Source: Ruminiclostridium sp. (GTDB lineage: Bacteria; Bacillota; Clostridia; Oscillospirales; Oscillospiraceae). From it: a stretch of DNA of 38,428 nucleotides. The DNA lies in contig JAFVUT010000147.1 in assembly GCA_017502545.1 (NCBI GenBank), positions 1 through 38,428 of the forward strand, given 5' to 3'. The translations under genes and the position numbers were made by a program. Under the pieces are notes generated by a model. That model did not search any database. It was given only the letters and a program-made list of their open reading frames with translations, and was not told the origin of the DNA. This document shows, in pieces, positions 27,398 through 37,191 of this stretch (positions are counted from its first letter, which is position 1; each line of letters starts with the position of its first letter).

Positions 27398-29341
27398 TTA
27401 GCTTCCCAGCTCCCCGTACCGCATGAAGATCACGGCGCACTGGGCGCGGGTGGCATCCCCCTTGGGGGTAAGGCGGCCATTGCTGCCCTCCAGGATCCCG
27501 GTGCCCACGGCCCAGGCCATGGCTTCCTCCGCCCAGGGACTGATGGTACGGGCATCGGCAAACCCAGACAGGTCGGCCGTCTCTCCGGCAGACAGGTCCA
27601 GGCCCTGGACCTCCCCGTACCGGTACAGGACAGCCGCCATCTGCTCCCGGGTCAGGGGGGCGTTGGGACCGAAGACCGTGTCGTTGTAGCCCGTCATGAC
27701 CCCGGCCTCTGCCGCCCAGGTCACCGCATCCCGGTACCAGGCATCCTCGGCCACGTCACGGAAGGGGTTCTCCCCCTCCACAGCGGGCTTGCCCTCCAGG
27801 TTGTAGAGGATCTGGGCCGCCATGGCGCGGGTCACCTGGCCCTCCAGATGGAAATACCCATCCTCATAGGGCTGCATGATCTTGTTGGTCATGCAGTAGG
27901 CCACCCCGTCGTGGTACCAGGCGGGGGCAGGCAGGTCATACTCCGCCCCATCCACCAGGCCCCAATAGGGGACGTTGACGGCGGTGAGGGCCTCCAGCCA
28001 GGTCAGGCCGTTGGCCCGCTGGATATCCAGGGTGTTCAGGATGACGCTCCGGATCCGCTGGGTGCCGGACTGGCCGGGGATCTTGATCTTGCTGACGGCG
28101 CTGATCACGTAGTCCTCCCCGTTTTCACTGCCCAGATAGAGCATCTCGTGGCCGGAGAAGAAGAGGACGGAGCCCAGAGGCAGGGCGGCCATGACATCTT
28201 CCCGCTCCTCCAGGCACATGTTGGTCATATCCACCTTGGCCATGGGCATGGCCTGCTGCCAGGTGGTGTTCCGGGCCAGTTCCAGGCCGAAGCACTTGTA
28301 GATGTTGCGAATGTAGGCCGAGCAGTCCTCGGACAGGAGGCTGCCGCCCCAGCCGTAGGTGTTGCCCAGGGCCTCCAGGGCCACCGAGGCGATGTTGGCC
28401 CCGCTCAGGTCCAGATAGCCCTCACTGACCTTGGCGTGCTCGGAGATGAGGGTCTTTTTCTTGGCATAGCTGCCGTCCTCGTTCCGGATGGGCATCCACA
28501 CCACATGGTTCTGATAGGGGGCCCGGTTGTCGATGAGCTCGTTGGGGTCCTCCACCACCGCCAGCTCCAGGGTGGTGCCCATGGTCAGCAGCAGCTGGGA
28601 GGTGATGGGGCTGTAGTTGGATTTTTCCGTGTAGACCTTGTCCCCATAGACCACCAGGGTGTCCTCCGGGGCCAGGTCCCAGGCGGAGAGCCATTCCTCC
28701 TTGTCCCGGCAGACCGCCACATCCTGGGCGGGCACCCAGCCGGAGCAGCAGATGCTCTTGGCCAGGTAGTACTTGCCGTCGGCAGAGACCGAGGTGATGA
28801 CGATGGGCTCGTTCACCCGCAGGCCCACCAGATGCTGGTAGTTGAAGTCCGGGTCCTTGGGGTCGTCCCAGATGGGGGGCTCCGAGGGGAAGGTCCGCAG
28901 GGTGGTCCGGTGGACGGCCACGCCGTAGCGCACCGCCTGGTCGGTGGTGGCCTTGGGGTTCTGGGTGTTGCGGATCATCTTGTCAAAGTCCTTCTGGGTG
29001 GCCTTGGTGTCGGTGCCCAGATAGGTCCAGCCCAGGTAGTATGCCGCGTCCGCCTGACTGGAGGACTTGACCATCTTGTTCAGGTTGACCCCGTCCACGG
29101 TCTCAGCCTGGTTTTTCAGGTCGTACATCCCGGTGCCGTCGGCGGCAATGGTCAGGTCGTTCAGTCCCTGGATCTCGTCCCAGGTCATGAGGACCCGTTC
29201 ATCGGTGCACCAATAGGCAGGGTCGGACATGGCCTCCGTCACATCGGGCAGATAGGGGACCCGGGCGGCCCCTGCTGTCAGAGGGATGCTTATGGCCATC
29301 ACAGCCGCCAGCAGTCCGGCCAGGATCTTGGTTTTCTTCAT
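27398..29341 (-). CDS. Secreted SH3/NlpC-P60 peptidoglycan endopeptidase with C-terminal SLH domains
   Basis: Signal peptide, YGWGG...DCSAY...LARNT, GHEMLY, and SLH motifs TRAMAA, TREQMA and TRAQCA. Confidence 0.85.
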   Translation of the reverse strand: MKKTKILAGLLAAVMAISIPLTAGAARVPYLPDVTEAMSDPAYWCTDERVLMTWDEIQGLNDLTIAADGTGMYDLKNQAETVDGVNLNKMVKSSSQADAAYYLGWTYLGTDTKATQKDFDKMIRNTQNPKATTDQAVRYGVAVHRTTLRTFPSEPPIWDDPKDPDFNYQHLVGLRVNEPIVITSVSADGKYYLAKSICCSGWVPAQDVAVCRDKEEWLSAWDLAPEDTLVVYGDKVYTEKSNYSPITSQLLLTMGTTLELAVVEDPNELIDNRAPYQNHVVWMPIRNEDGSYAKKKTLISEHAKVSEGYLDLSGANIASVALEALGNTYGWGGSLLSEDCSAYIRNIYKCFGLELARNTTWQQAMPMAKVDMTNMCLEEREDVMAALPLGSVLFFSGHEMLYLGSENGEDYVISAVSKIKIPGQSGTQRIRSVILNTLDIQRANGLTWLEALTAVNVPYWGLVDGAEYDLPAPAWYHDGVAYCMTNKIMQPYEDGYFHLEGQVTRAMAAQILYNLEGKPAVEGENPFRDVAEDAWYRDAVTWAAEAGVMTGYNDTVFGPNAPLTREQMAAVLYRYGEVQGLDLSAGETADLSGFADARTISPWAEEAMAWAVGTGILEGSNGRLTPKGDATRAQCAVIFMRYGELGS

Positions 29342-29508
29342 GGAGATCACTCCTTTCCTTTGCTGGGTCAATTATACCGCATTTTCCTCCCTATGACAAC
29401 GGTGAGGAAAATTTTTGCCAAACCCGGCTTTTTCCCCCTATCCCATTGCAAAACTCGTCATTTTTCGGTATAGTAATAAGGTTAAAGCACGTATTGGGGA
29501 GGATGGCC

Positions 29509-30888
29509 GTGAAAACACCCGCCGAACATTCCCGATGGGCCATGCTCCCGGTGATCCTTTCCCTGGCCTGGCCCACCATGCTGGAGCAGCTCATGCAGAC
29601 TGCCGTTCAGTACATCGACACCGCCATGGTGGGGACCCTGGGCACCCAGGCCACCGCCGCCGTGGGGGCCACCACCACCATCAACTGGCTCATCAGCTCC
29701 ACCATCTCCGCCATGGGCGTGGGGTTTCTGGCCTACATCGCCCGGGCCCGGGGCGCAGGCGATGAGAACAAGGCCCGCCGGGCCGCTGCCCAGGCCGTTC
29801 TGGCCGCCGCGGCAGCGGGACTCTTCTTCACCGCCCTGACCCTGGGTTGCAGCGGAAAGGTCCCTGTCTGGATGCAGGTGGACCCCTCCATCCAGGAGCT
29901 GTCTGCCCAGTACTTCTTCGTCCTCTACTCCCCCATGCTCTTCCGGACGGCCATCCTCATCTTCGGCACCATCCTCCGGGCAGCGGGAGACGCCAAGACC
30001 CCCATGCTGGTGGGGCTGCTGGTGAACGTCATCAATATCGTTCTGAACCTTCTCCTGATCTTCCCCACCCGATCTGTGACCCTGCTGGGCCTGACCTTCA
30101 CCATGCCCGGCGCAGGCTGGGGTGTGGTGGGCGCGGCAGCCGCCAGCGCCCTGGCCTTCACCACAGGAGGCATCGTCATCACCATTGCCCTGTGGCGGCA
30201 TCCGGATATCTCCCCCAGAGGCCAGTCTTTTCGTCCCAACCGAGACATCCTGCGCCCCTGCCTGAGGACCGCCGTCCCCAATATGTTCCAGCGGTTTGCC
30301 ACCAGCCTGGGTTATGTGGCCTTCGCCGCCATGGTCAACGGACTGGGCCCGGTCTCCGCTGCCGCCATGACCATCGCCAACACGGTGGAATCCGCCTTCT
30401 ACATCCCGGGCTTCGGCATGCAGACCGCCGCCTCCACCCTGGCGGGCAACGCCCTGGGGGCCCGGGACCAACAGCGGATGAGGGACCTGACCGCCATGTT
30501 CATCCGCATCGAGCTGGTCCTCATGATCCTCTCGGGCGGGACCCTCTTCCTCTTCGCCCCGGCCCTGACCGGCCTCTTCTCCACCAGTCAGGAGGTCATC
30601 CTCCTGTGTGTGGCCGTCCTGCGGATGATGGCCCTGTCCGAACCCCTCTTCGGAGTTGCCCTCATCATCGAGGGCATCCTGCTGGGGATCGGCAACACCA
30701 AGATCCCCTTCCTCTTCAACCTCATCGGCATGTGGGGGGTGCGGATCGTGTGCACCTTCCTGTGCACCCAGCTGTGGGGCATGGGTCTGGTGGCCGCCTG
30801 CGCCTGCATGATCCTCCACAACCTGGTCCTTTTCATTCTCTTCCTTGTTTACTACGTCCGGGGGAACTGGAACCCCCTGGCGAACTGA
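29509..30888 (+). CDS. MATE family efflux transporter
   Basis: LAWPTMLEQ, IDTAMVG, GDAKTPM and GVVGAA; GTG start after GGGGAGG. Confidence 0.92.
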   Translation: MKTPAEHSRWAMLPVILSLAWPTMLEQLMQTAVQYIDTAMVGTLGTQATAAVGATTTINWLISSTISAMGVGFLAYIARARGAGDENKARRAAAQAVLAAAAAGLFFTALTLGCSGKVPVWMQVDPSIQELSAQYFFVLYSPMLFRTAILIFGTILRAAGDAKTPMLVGLLVNVINIVLNLLLIFPTRSVTLLGLTFTMPGAGWGVVGAAAASALAFTTGGIVITIALWRHPDISPRGQSFRPNRDILRPCLRTAVPNMFQRFATSLGYVAFAAMVNGLGPVSAAAMTIANTVESAFYIPGFGMQTAASTLAGNALGARDQQRMRDLTAMFIRIELVLMILSGGTLFLFAPALTGLFSTSQEVILLCVAVLRMMALSEPLFGVALIIEGILLGIGNTKIPFLFNLIGMWGVRIVCTFLCTQLWGMGLVAACACMILHNLVLFILFLVYYVRGNWNPLAN

Positions 30889-30914
30889 TATGACCCTGAA
30901 AGGAGAAAACACCC

Positions 30915-31778
30915 ATGATCCCCGAACTTTACGCCGCTTTGGAGGCCGTCCACGCCGGGCATAGCCTGTCCCCTGTTCAGGCGGACCTCCCCGACGGTCT
31001 CTCCCCCGAAGTCCAGCCTCTGGCCCGGCAGGTCCACGCCTGCCTCACCGCCGGTGACGGCAAGGCCCTGCTGGATCTGTGCTTCTCCCCCGTGTGGGCA
31101 GAGTACAAGGCCTTCCTGGCCCCCCTGCCCATGACCCTCTGCCTGGCCGAGGCCATGATCGACCTGCTGAACGCCCTGGACCCCCAGGAGGACCCCCTGA
31201 CCTTCCTGGACGACCGCTTTGATGACACGGGAGAGACCATTTTCCTGGAAAATGAGACCCGATCCCTGGCCTTTGACCGCTTCGGCTCCCAGCTCATGAC
31301 CGTCACCCGCAGCCAGTCCGGCTCCGTCTCCGGCTGGAAGAAGGAGTTCCGCTACGAGGGCGAGACCGAGAACGGCCTGCCCCACGGCCAGGGCACCCAG
31401 TACGCCGGCACTCGCCGGATGCTCACGGGCCGACTGGCAGAGGAACCCTTCCGTACCGGTCGCTGGGAGAAGGGCCTTCTTGCAGAGGGCACCTACAAGG
31501 GAGCTCTGGTCCTCTGCAATGACGACCAGGTCTCCCCCGTCCAGGGCCCCGACGGGCTGCCCCTCCAGATGGCCACCTGCGTGCCGGATACCTTCATACC
31601 CAGGAACGCCCCCTCCTGCTCCCTTCTCTATGTGACCGACCTGGCAGTGGGTCCCGACGGGTATGCCGCCCAGGGTCCCCTGACTCCCCTGTGCCCCGCC
31701 AAGGGCGGCGAGTTCCACAGCACCTGCCAGGGCTGCTTCATGCTGCCCGACTTAGACCTTCCCCAGGAGGACCTCTGA
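30915..31778 (+). CDS. Hypothetical protein with a MORN-like motif
   Basis: RBS AAGGAG; YEGETENGLPHGQGTQY. Confidence 0.6.
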   Translation: MIPELYAALEAVHAGHSLSPVQADLPDGLSPEVQPLARQVHACLTAGDGKALLDLCFSPVWAEYKAFLAPLPMTLCLAEAMIDLLNALDPQEDPLTFLDDRFDDTGETIFLENETRSLAFDRFGSQLMTVTRSQSGSVSGWKKEFRYEGETENGLPHGQGTQYAGTRRMLTGRLAEEPFRTGRWEKGLLAEGTYKGALVLCNDDQVSPVQGPDGLPLQMATCVPDTFIPRNAPSCSLLYVTDLAVGPDGYAAQGPLTPLCPAKGGEFHSTCQGCFMLPDLDLPQEDL

Positions 31779-31779
31779 C

Positions 31780-33078
31780 ATGAAAAGAATCACCGCCGCA
31801 CTGCTGACCTGCCTGATGCTGGTGGGACTGCTCCCCACCACTGCCCTGGCCGCCCAGGTCACCGACGAGCAGATCATTGAAAAGGTCCTGGCCTTCCTGT
31901 ACGTCCACGAGGGCAACTACGGCTCCATCAACAAGAACGACAACGGCGCCCTCTCCGTGGGCAAGATCCAGTGGCACGCAGGCAACGCCCTGAACCTCTG
32001 CCGGGATGCCGTGAACCGGAACCCCGAGAGCGCCCGGGAGATCCTGGGGGAGGACCTGTACAACGAGATCACCGACTCCACCACCAACTGGTCCACCCGC
32101 ATCGTAAACGACGAGGAGGCCGCTCTCCTCTCCGCCTTCCTGACCTCTCCCGAGGGCAAGGCCGCCCAGGACGACCAGGGCCGCTCCTACATGACCAACT
32201 ACATCAACGCCGGCAAAAAGCTGGGCATCACCGACCCCGCCGTCATGGTCTACTTCTGTGACCTGCACAACCAGGGCGGTCTGGGCATGGCCCGCCGGGT
32301 GGCCACCGCCGCCGCCGACATGGCCGGTTCCTTCGGGGCCATCTCTCTGGACCAGATCTACCAGGCCGGTCTGGATGACAGCGTGGCCGGCCGCTACCCC
32401 ACCCGCCGCAAGGCCACCTATGACTACTGCAAGAGCCTGGGCTGGGAGGTCAACACCGGCAAGCCCCCCATCTCCTCCACCCCTGACAAGGTGAAGTTCC
32501 CCAAGGTAAACAGCTACCGCCAGGGCCAGTTCTGGGATGTGACCGCCAGCGCCTGGTACACCAAGAACGTGGCCTCCGCCGTGGAGTTCGGCCTCATGAA
32601 CGGTCTGGAGACCGGTGCCTTCAACCCCGACGGCAACGTCACCGTGGCCCAGGCCGTCACCCTGGCCGCCCGCATCCACGCCATCTACACCAACGGCTCC
32701 GCCAACTTTAAGCAGACCTCCGGCACCCAGTGGCACAAGGTCTACTACGACTACTGCTACCAGAACAAGATCCTCACCGCCTCCTACCACAGAGACATCG
32801 CCAACTGGACCATCACCCGGGCCCAGTTCGCTGAGATCTTCGCCAAGGCTCTGCCCGCAGAGGCCCTCTCCGCCAAGAACACCGTGAACCGGATCCCCGA
32901 CGTGCCCTCCTCCGCCTCCTACGCAGGGGCTGTGTTCACCCTGTACCGGGCGGGCATCCTGACGGGCAACGAGTACAACCAGTTCCAGCCCACCAAGGCC
33001 ATCACCCGGGCCCAGGTGGCCGCCATCGCCTCCCGCATGGCCGACAGCGACCTGCGCATGAGCGTGACCTTGAAGTAA
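31780..33078 (+). CDS. Secreted SLH-domain protein with a lysozyme-like N-terminal domain
   Basis: Signal peptide, HEGNYGSINKNDNGALSVGKIQW, and SLH motifs FNPDGNVTVAQ, TRAQFA and TRAQVA. Confidence 0.7.
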   Translation: MKRITAALLTCLMLVGLLPTTALAAQVTDEQIIEKVLAFLYVHEGNYGSINKNDNGALSVGKIQWHAGNALNLCRDAVNRNPESAREILGEDLYNEITDSTTNWSTRIVNDEEAALLSAFLTSPEGKAAQDDQGRSYMTNYINAGKKLGITDPAVMVYFCDLHNQGGLGMARRVATAAADMAGSFGAISLDQIYQAGLDDSVAGRYPTRRKATYDYCKSLGWEVNTGKPPISSTPDKVKFPKVNSYRQGQFWDVTASAWYTKNVASAVEFGLMNGLETGAFNPDGNVTVAQAVTLAARIHAIYTNGSANFKQTSGTQWHKVYYDYCYQNKILTASYHRDIANWTITRAQFAEIFAKALPAEALSAKNTVNRIPDVPSSASYAGAVFTLYRAGILTGNEYNQFQPTKAITRAQVAAIASRMADSDLRMSVTLK

Positions 33079-33189
33079 GGATAAGCCCTCGGACCTCTCC
33101 CGGTCCGAGGGCTTTTTGCGGGCCGATATGGAATCGGCCCCTACGCAACTTTCTGGCAGGAAAGACAGTGCTTAATCGGCAGGCTACAA

Positions 33190-33310
33190 TCCCTCCGTTT
33201 CGCCTAACGGCGAGCCACCTCCCTTTGCACAAGGGAGGCTGAGGCGGGTACAAACCTCAAGGCTCCCCTGTGCAAGGGGAGCTGGCAGTGCGAAGCACTG
33301 ACTGAGGGGT
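33190..33310. repeat. Structured intergenic repeat family 3 (two modules)
   Basis: CCCTCCGT..CCACCTCCCTTTGCACAAGGGAGGC and GGCTCCCCTGTGCAAGGGGAGCTGGC..GACTGAGGGG. Confidence 0.7.
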
Positions 33311-33420
33311 TGTAAACCCAAAGGGCTATCCTCACGGTGGACTTACCCGCCCATGCCCCCTTGCCATTCCTCCCGATTTTTGATACCATACCCTCAAGAG
33401 ATAGGAAAGAGGTGCACCCC

Positions 33421-33906
33421 ATGAAGCCCATCAACCCCGCCCACACCCAGGCCCTCATGGGCCTGTTGAACAAAGCCCCCTATTTCGCCCTCCTGGGCAT
33501 GAATTTTAAGGTCATGGAGCCGGGCTACTGCCGCCTGGAGGTCCCCCTGGACTACGCCCGCCACGGCAACTCCTTCGGCGGGGTCCACGGAGGGGTCTAC
33601 TCCTCCATCATCGACACCGTGGCCTATTGGGCCCTCTACTGCCAGATGGAGGAGGACCAGGGCTACACCTCCCTGGACCTGAACGTGACCAACCTGGGGA
33701 TGGTGGGTTCCGGCACCCTCATCGCCGAGGGCCACGTGGTCCGGGTGGGCCGGTCCATCTGCCTGAGCGAGGCCACCGTGAAGAACCAGGAGGGGAAGCT
33801 CCTGGCCCACGGCACCTCCAAGCTCATGGTCCTGGAGGGAAAGCAGTCCATCCACACCCTCCTGGCTGCCGAAGGGGCCGACCCCCTGCCCCCCAAATTC
33901 TTATAA
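33421..33906 (+). CDS. PaaI family thioesterase
   Basis: NSFGGVHGGVYSSIIDT hot-dog motif. Confidence 0.9.
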   Translation: MKPINPAHTQALMGLLNKAPYFALLGMNFKVMEPGYCRLEVPLDYARHGNSFGGVHGGVYSSIIDTVAYWALYCQMEEDQGYTSLDLNVTNLGMVGSGTLIAEGHVVRVGRSICLSEATVKNQEGKLLAHGTSKLMVLEGKQSIHTLLAAEGADPLPPKFL

Positions 33907-33918
33907 GGGAGATGCCCT

Positions 33919-34422
33919 ATGCACGACGAACTGACCCAAGTTGACATTGATAAAATGAAGGCCGAGCTGGACCACCGCCGTCTGGTCCTCCGCCCCCAGC
34001 TCATCGAGGAGGTGAAGGTGGCCCGGGCCTTCGGCGACCTCAGCGAAAACTTTGAGTACAAGGCCGCTAAGCGGGAAAAGGGCCGCAACGACAGCCGCAT
34101 CCGCTACCTGGAAAACATGATCAAGACCGCCAGGGTCATCGACCCCATCTCCACCGGGGAGGGCATCGGCCTCTTCGACAGGGTGACCTTCTGGATCGAG
34201 GAGGATGAGGAGGAGGAGACCATCCAGCTGGTGACCACCCTCCGGCAGGATGCCCTGAAGGGCCTCATTTCCAAGGAGTCCCCCGTGGGCAAGGCCCTGT
34301 GGGGCAAAAAAGAGGGGGACCGGGTCCTCATCGAGGCCAGCCCCACCTACAGCTATTACGTCCAGATCCGCTCCGTGGAAAAGACCGGGGAGGACCCGGA
34401 CATTCCCATCAGCACCTACTAA
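33919..34422 (+). CDS. greA: GreA/GreB-family transcription elongation factor
   Basis: ARAFGDLSENFEYKAAK and ISKESPVGKAL. Confidence 0.9.
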   Translation: MHDELTQVDIDKMKAELDHRRLVLRPQLIEEVKVARAFGDLSENFEYKAAKREKGRNDSRIRYLENMIKTARVIDPISTGEGIGLFDRVTFWIEEDEEEETIQLVTTLRQDALKGLISKESPVGKALWGKKEGDRVLIEASPTYSYYVQIRSVEKTGEDPDIPISTY

Positions 34423-34530
34423 GGGCTTTCTGCAATTTATTTTTGGGAATTTTCAGAAAAAGTCGGAAAATCCAAGGGTTTCTTTGGTTCTCCTCTTGAT
34501 TTTGCAAGGAAAATGGTGTATGATTTCATC

Positions 34531-34677
34531 GTGTATGAGATACTCCTATTCCCATCCATACTTTTCTTCGACATTTCATCCTTCCTACCTTCTTTTTCAT
34601 TGTTGTCCGAGGGTATGCGCGTACCCGAGGACGAAAAGACAGCACCCGATCTCCTGTCCGGGTGCTGTCTTTTTTTG
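34531..34677 (+). ncRNA. Candidate CU-rich trans-acting sRNA
   Basis: TTGATT-17-TATGAT at 34496-34524, a pyrimidine-rich body, and terminator AGACAGCACCCG/CGGGTGCTGTCT-TTTTTT. Confidence 0.5.
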
Positions 34678-34708
34678 TGAAAAGGCAAAGCCTTTTCACA
34701 AAAGGGGG

Positions 34709-34835
34709 TTACGGCCTGCTGCACGCGTCCTTCGGACACACTGGCAGGCCGAGCAGTGTTTTCCGGCACGCACATGTCGCGCCGGAAAACGAATCCAATT
34801 ATATTTCGCCGCTGCGGCGGCGAAACTCTACGAGG
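34709..34835 (+). repeat. Structured intergenic repeat family 1 copy
   Basis: CGGCCTGCTGCA...GTGTTTTCCGGCACGCACATGTCGCGCCGGAAAAC...AACTCTACGAGG. Confidence 0.8.
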
Positions 34836-34845
34836 TTTTATCGGT

Positions 34846-35196
34846 TCAGTCGGTAACAATGTCGTATCCCGTCACCAAACCATTCTGAAAGTCCACCAGA
34901 AGCCACTCGCTGTCAATGGAAAAGAATCCTCGCTCTGGACCCATCCAGTAAACCAAACGATCCATCTGGACAAAGAGCCCCTCATCGTTGTCATCCACTC
35001 CCAACAAGGTTTCTACTTCTTCCTGGGTCATACCGATTTGCAGGTGATCCTCCAGCAGGTCGTCCACGATCATCGTCCGCTCAGCCGGGTTTTCCACCCA
35101 CTTCTCCGTAGTAAAGCTGTGCTGCCAATGTCGGAATCCAGCGAAGGCCGCCAGACAAAGGAGCAGAACCAGAACGATTACATATCGTTTCTTCAT
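34846..35196 (-). CDS. Hypothetical exported/membrane-anchored protein
   Basis: MKKRYVIVLVLLL signal/anchor sequence; GMTQEEVETLLG; follows the response regulator. Confidence 0.7.
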   Translation of the reverse strand: MKKRYVIVLVLLLCLAAFAGFRHWQHSFTTEKWVENPAERTMIVDDLLEDHLQIGMTQEEVETLLGVDDNDEGLFVQMDRLVYWMGPERGFFSIDSEWLLVDFQNGLVTGYDIVTD

Positions 35197-35200
35197 CGAC

Positions 35201-35896
35201 TCACCCCCGAAATCTATACCCCACGCCCCAGACGGTCTCGATGTACTGGATGTTGTCCGGGTCGATCTCGATCTTGTCCCGGATGTGCTTGATGTGGACG
35301 GTGACGGTGGACACGTCCCCGTAATTCTCCACCCCCCAAACCGCATCGAAGAGGCGGTCCTTGGAGTAGACCGTGTCCGGGTGCTCGGCCAGGAAGAGGA
35401 GGAGGTCGTACTCCTTGCCGGTCATGCTCACCTCCCGGCCGTTGACCCACACCCGGCGGGCCTCCCGGTCGATCTCCAGGCCCCGGATCTTCAGGACCTC
35501 GGGACGGGGCCGTTCCCGGCTGCCCACCAGCCGCTCGTACCGCTGGATGTGGCTCTTGACCCGGGCCACCAGCTCACTGGGGGAGAAGGGCTTGGTCATG
35601 TAGTCGTCGGCCCCCAGGCCCAGACCACGGACCTTGTCGATGTCGTCGGCCAGGGCGGAGATGATGATGACGGGGGTGTCCTTCACCTCCCGCAGGCGGC
35701 GGCAGATCTCGAACCCGCTGAGTCCCGGGAGCATCACGTCCACGATCACCAGGGCGAAGTCCTGGTCCAGAGCCAGCTGCAGGCCCTGGGTGCCGTCGGC
35801 GGAGATCATGCAGGCGAAGCCCCCGTTGATCTCCAGGTAGTCCCGCTCCAGCTCGGCCACGCTCTGGTCGTCTTCGATAATGAGTATGTTCATCAT
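35201..35896 (-). CDS. OmpR-family response regulator
   Basis: IEDD, VDVMLP, GADDYMTKPF and TVWGVGYR. Confidence 0.95.
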   Translation of the reverse strand: MMNILIIEDDQSVAELERDYLEINGGFACMISADGTQGLQLALDQDFALVIVDVMLPGLSGFEICRRLREVKDTPVIIISALADDIDKVRGLGLGADDYMTKPFSPSELVARVKSHIQRYERLVGSRERPRPEVLKIRGLEIDREARRVWVNGREVSMTGKEYDLLLFLAEHPDTVYSKDRLFDAVWGVENYGDVSTVTVHIKHIRDKIEIDPDNIQYIETVWGVGYRFRG

Positions 35897-37047
35897 GCAG
35901 GGTCCTCCTCTCGCAGGGGCAGGTAGACAAAGGCACGGGTGCCCTCCCCCACTTCGCTGGTGAGCCAGATCTTGCCGTGGTGGCTCTCCACGATGGACCG
36001 GCAGATGGCCAGACCCAGGCCGCTGCCGGGAACGGTACTGGACCGGGCGGCATCCTCCCGGAAGAAGCTGTCAAAGACATGGCGGAGGGCCTCGGTGCCG
36101 ATGCCCTGGCCGTTGTCGGTGAGCTGGATCACCAGCCCCTTTTCATATTCCTCGGCGGTGAGGTCGATGGCCCCGCCGGGTTTTCCGTATTTGATGGCGT
36201 TGGACAGGAGATTGTCCAGCACCCGCTTGATCTTGTTCCGGTCGGCAGTGACCACAAAGGGCCCCGGCGGCACCCGGCAGGTAAAGGTCATCCCGGCTCC
36301 CTGGGCCTCCAGGGCGTATTCCTCCCCCAGGTCGGCCAGGAAGGGGGCCAGGTCCACGTATTCAAAGTGATACTGCATCCGGCCCAGCTCGTACTCGGAA
36401 AAGTCGCTCATGTTCCGCACCAGCTTCTCCAGAACGGTGGTCTTGCTGTAGACGATGTCCAGGTAGTGGGCCTGCTTCTCGGGGGTGTTTGCGATGCCGT
36501 CCCGGATGCCCTCCACATAGCCCTTGATGGCGGTGATGGGGGTGCGCATATCGTGGGACAGGTTGGCCATGAGGAGGCCCCGCTCCTCCTGGGCGGCGGC
36601 CTCTGCTGCCGCTGCCGCCTTCAGCCGCTGGCGGACCCCCTCCAGGGACTGGCTCAGCTCGTCCAGCTCCTGCTCCTGGCAGGAGAGGACCTCGAAATCC
36701 AGGTCCCCCTGCCGGAGGTTGTCTGCCGCCTGGCGGAGGGTATCCAGGGTGGCGGCGATGCGGCCTGCATACCGGGAGGCCAGCCACACGCACAGCCCCG
36801 CCACGGACAGGGTCAGCAGGACGCAGCCCAAAATAAAGTAGGGCAGGATCCGGCCCGTGCCGGAAAACTCCCCCTGGAGCAGGGTGACCATGGCCAGGAT
36901 GAAGCTCTCCCCTCCGGGGACCTGGAGGGCGAAGGCCCCCAGCAGGATCACCATGAGAATCCCGGCGATGGCCAGGGAGAGGACCAGCATCAAAAGGCCG
37001 GTCTGGAGGAACCGGCCTTTCAGGGTTTTCTTTTTGGGCAAGGACAA
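35893..37047 (-). CDS. Sensor histidine kinase (two TM, short external loop)
   Basis: SHDMRTP, NLLSNAIKY, DNGQG and GSGLGL. Confidence 0.93.
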   Translation of the reverse strand: MSLPKKKTLKGRFLQTGLLMLVLSLAIAGILMVILLGAFALQVPGGESFILAMVTLLQGEFSGTGRILPYFILGCVLLTLSVAGLCVWLASRYAGRIAATLDTLRQAADNLRQGDLDFEVLSCQEQELDELSQSLEGVRQRLKAAAAAEAAAQEERGLLMANLSHDMRTPITAIKGYVEGIRDGIANTPEKQAHYLDIVYSKTTVLEKLVRNMSDFSEYELGRMQYHFEYVDLAPFLADLGEEYALEAQGAGMTFTCRVPPGPFVVTADRNKIKRVLDNLLSNAIKYGKPGGAIDLTAEEYEKGLVIQLTDNGQGIGTEALRHVFDSFFREDAARSSTVPGSGLGLAICRSIVESHHGKIWLTSEVGEGTRAFVYLPLREEDPA

Positions 37048-37071
37048 CGACCTCCTCCCTTTCTTGCGGCA

Positions 37072-37189
37072 AGCCTCCCTCTCAGAGGGAGGTGGCTCGC
37101 CGCAGGCGAGACGGAGGGAGTTTGCAAGCGCAAAGTTTCGCAGGCTCCCCCAGTCAGCTTCGCTGACAGCCCCCTCCCGGAGGGGGCCT
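37072..37189. repeat. Structured intergenic repeat family 3 (two modules)
   Basis: GCCTCCCTCTCAGAGGGAGGTGGC..GACGGAGGG and CCCCCAGTCAGCTTCGCTGACAGCCCCCTCCCGGAGGGGGCC. Confidence 0.7.
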
Positions 37190-37191
37190 TA

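Noticed and set aside
29346-29358. 13-nt match ATCACTCCTTTCC between spacer 2 and the RBS of the NlpC/P60-SLH gene
   Set aside because: The match is short, dominated by the SD consensus and lies at the repeat-distal end of the spacer; insufficient to call self-targeting.
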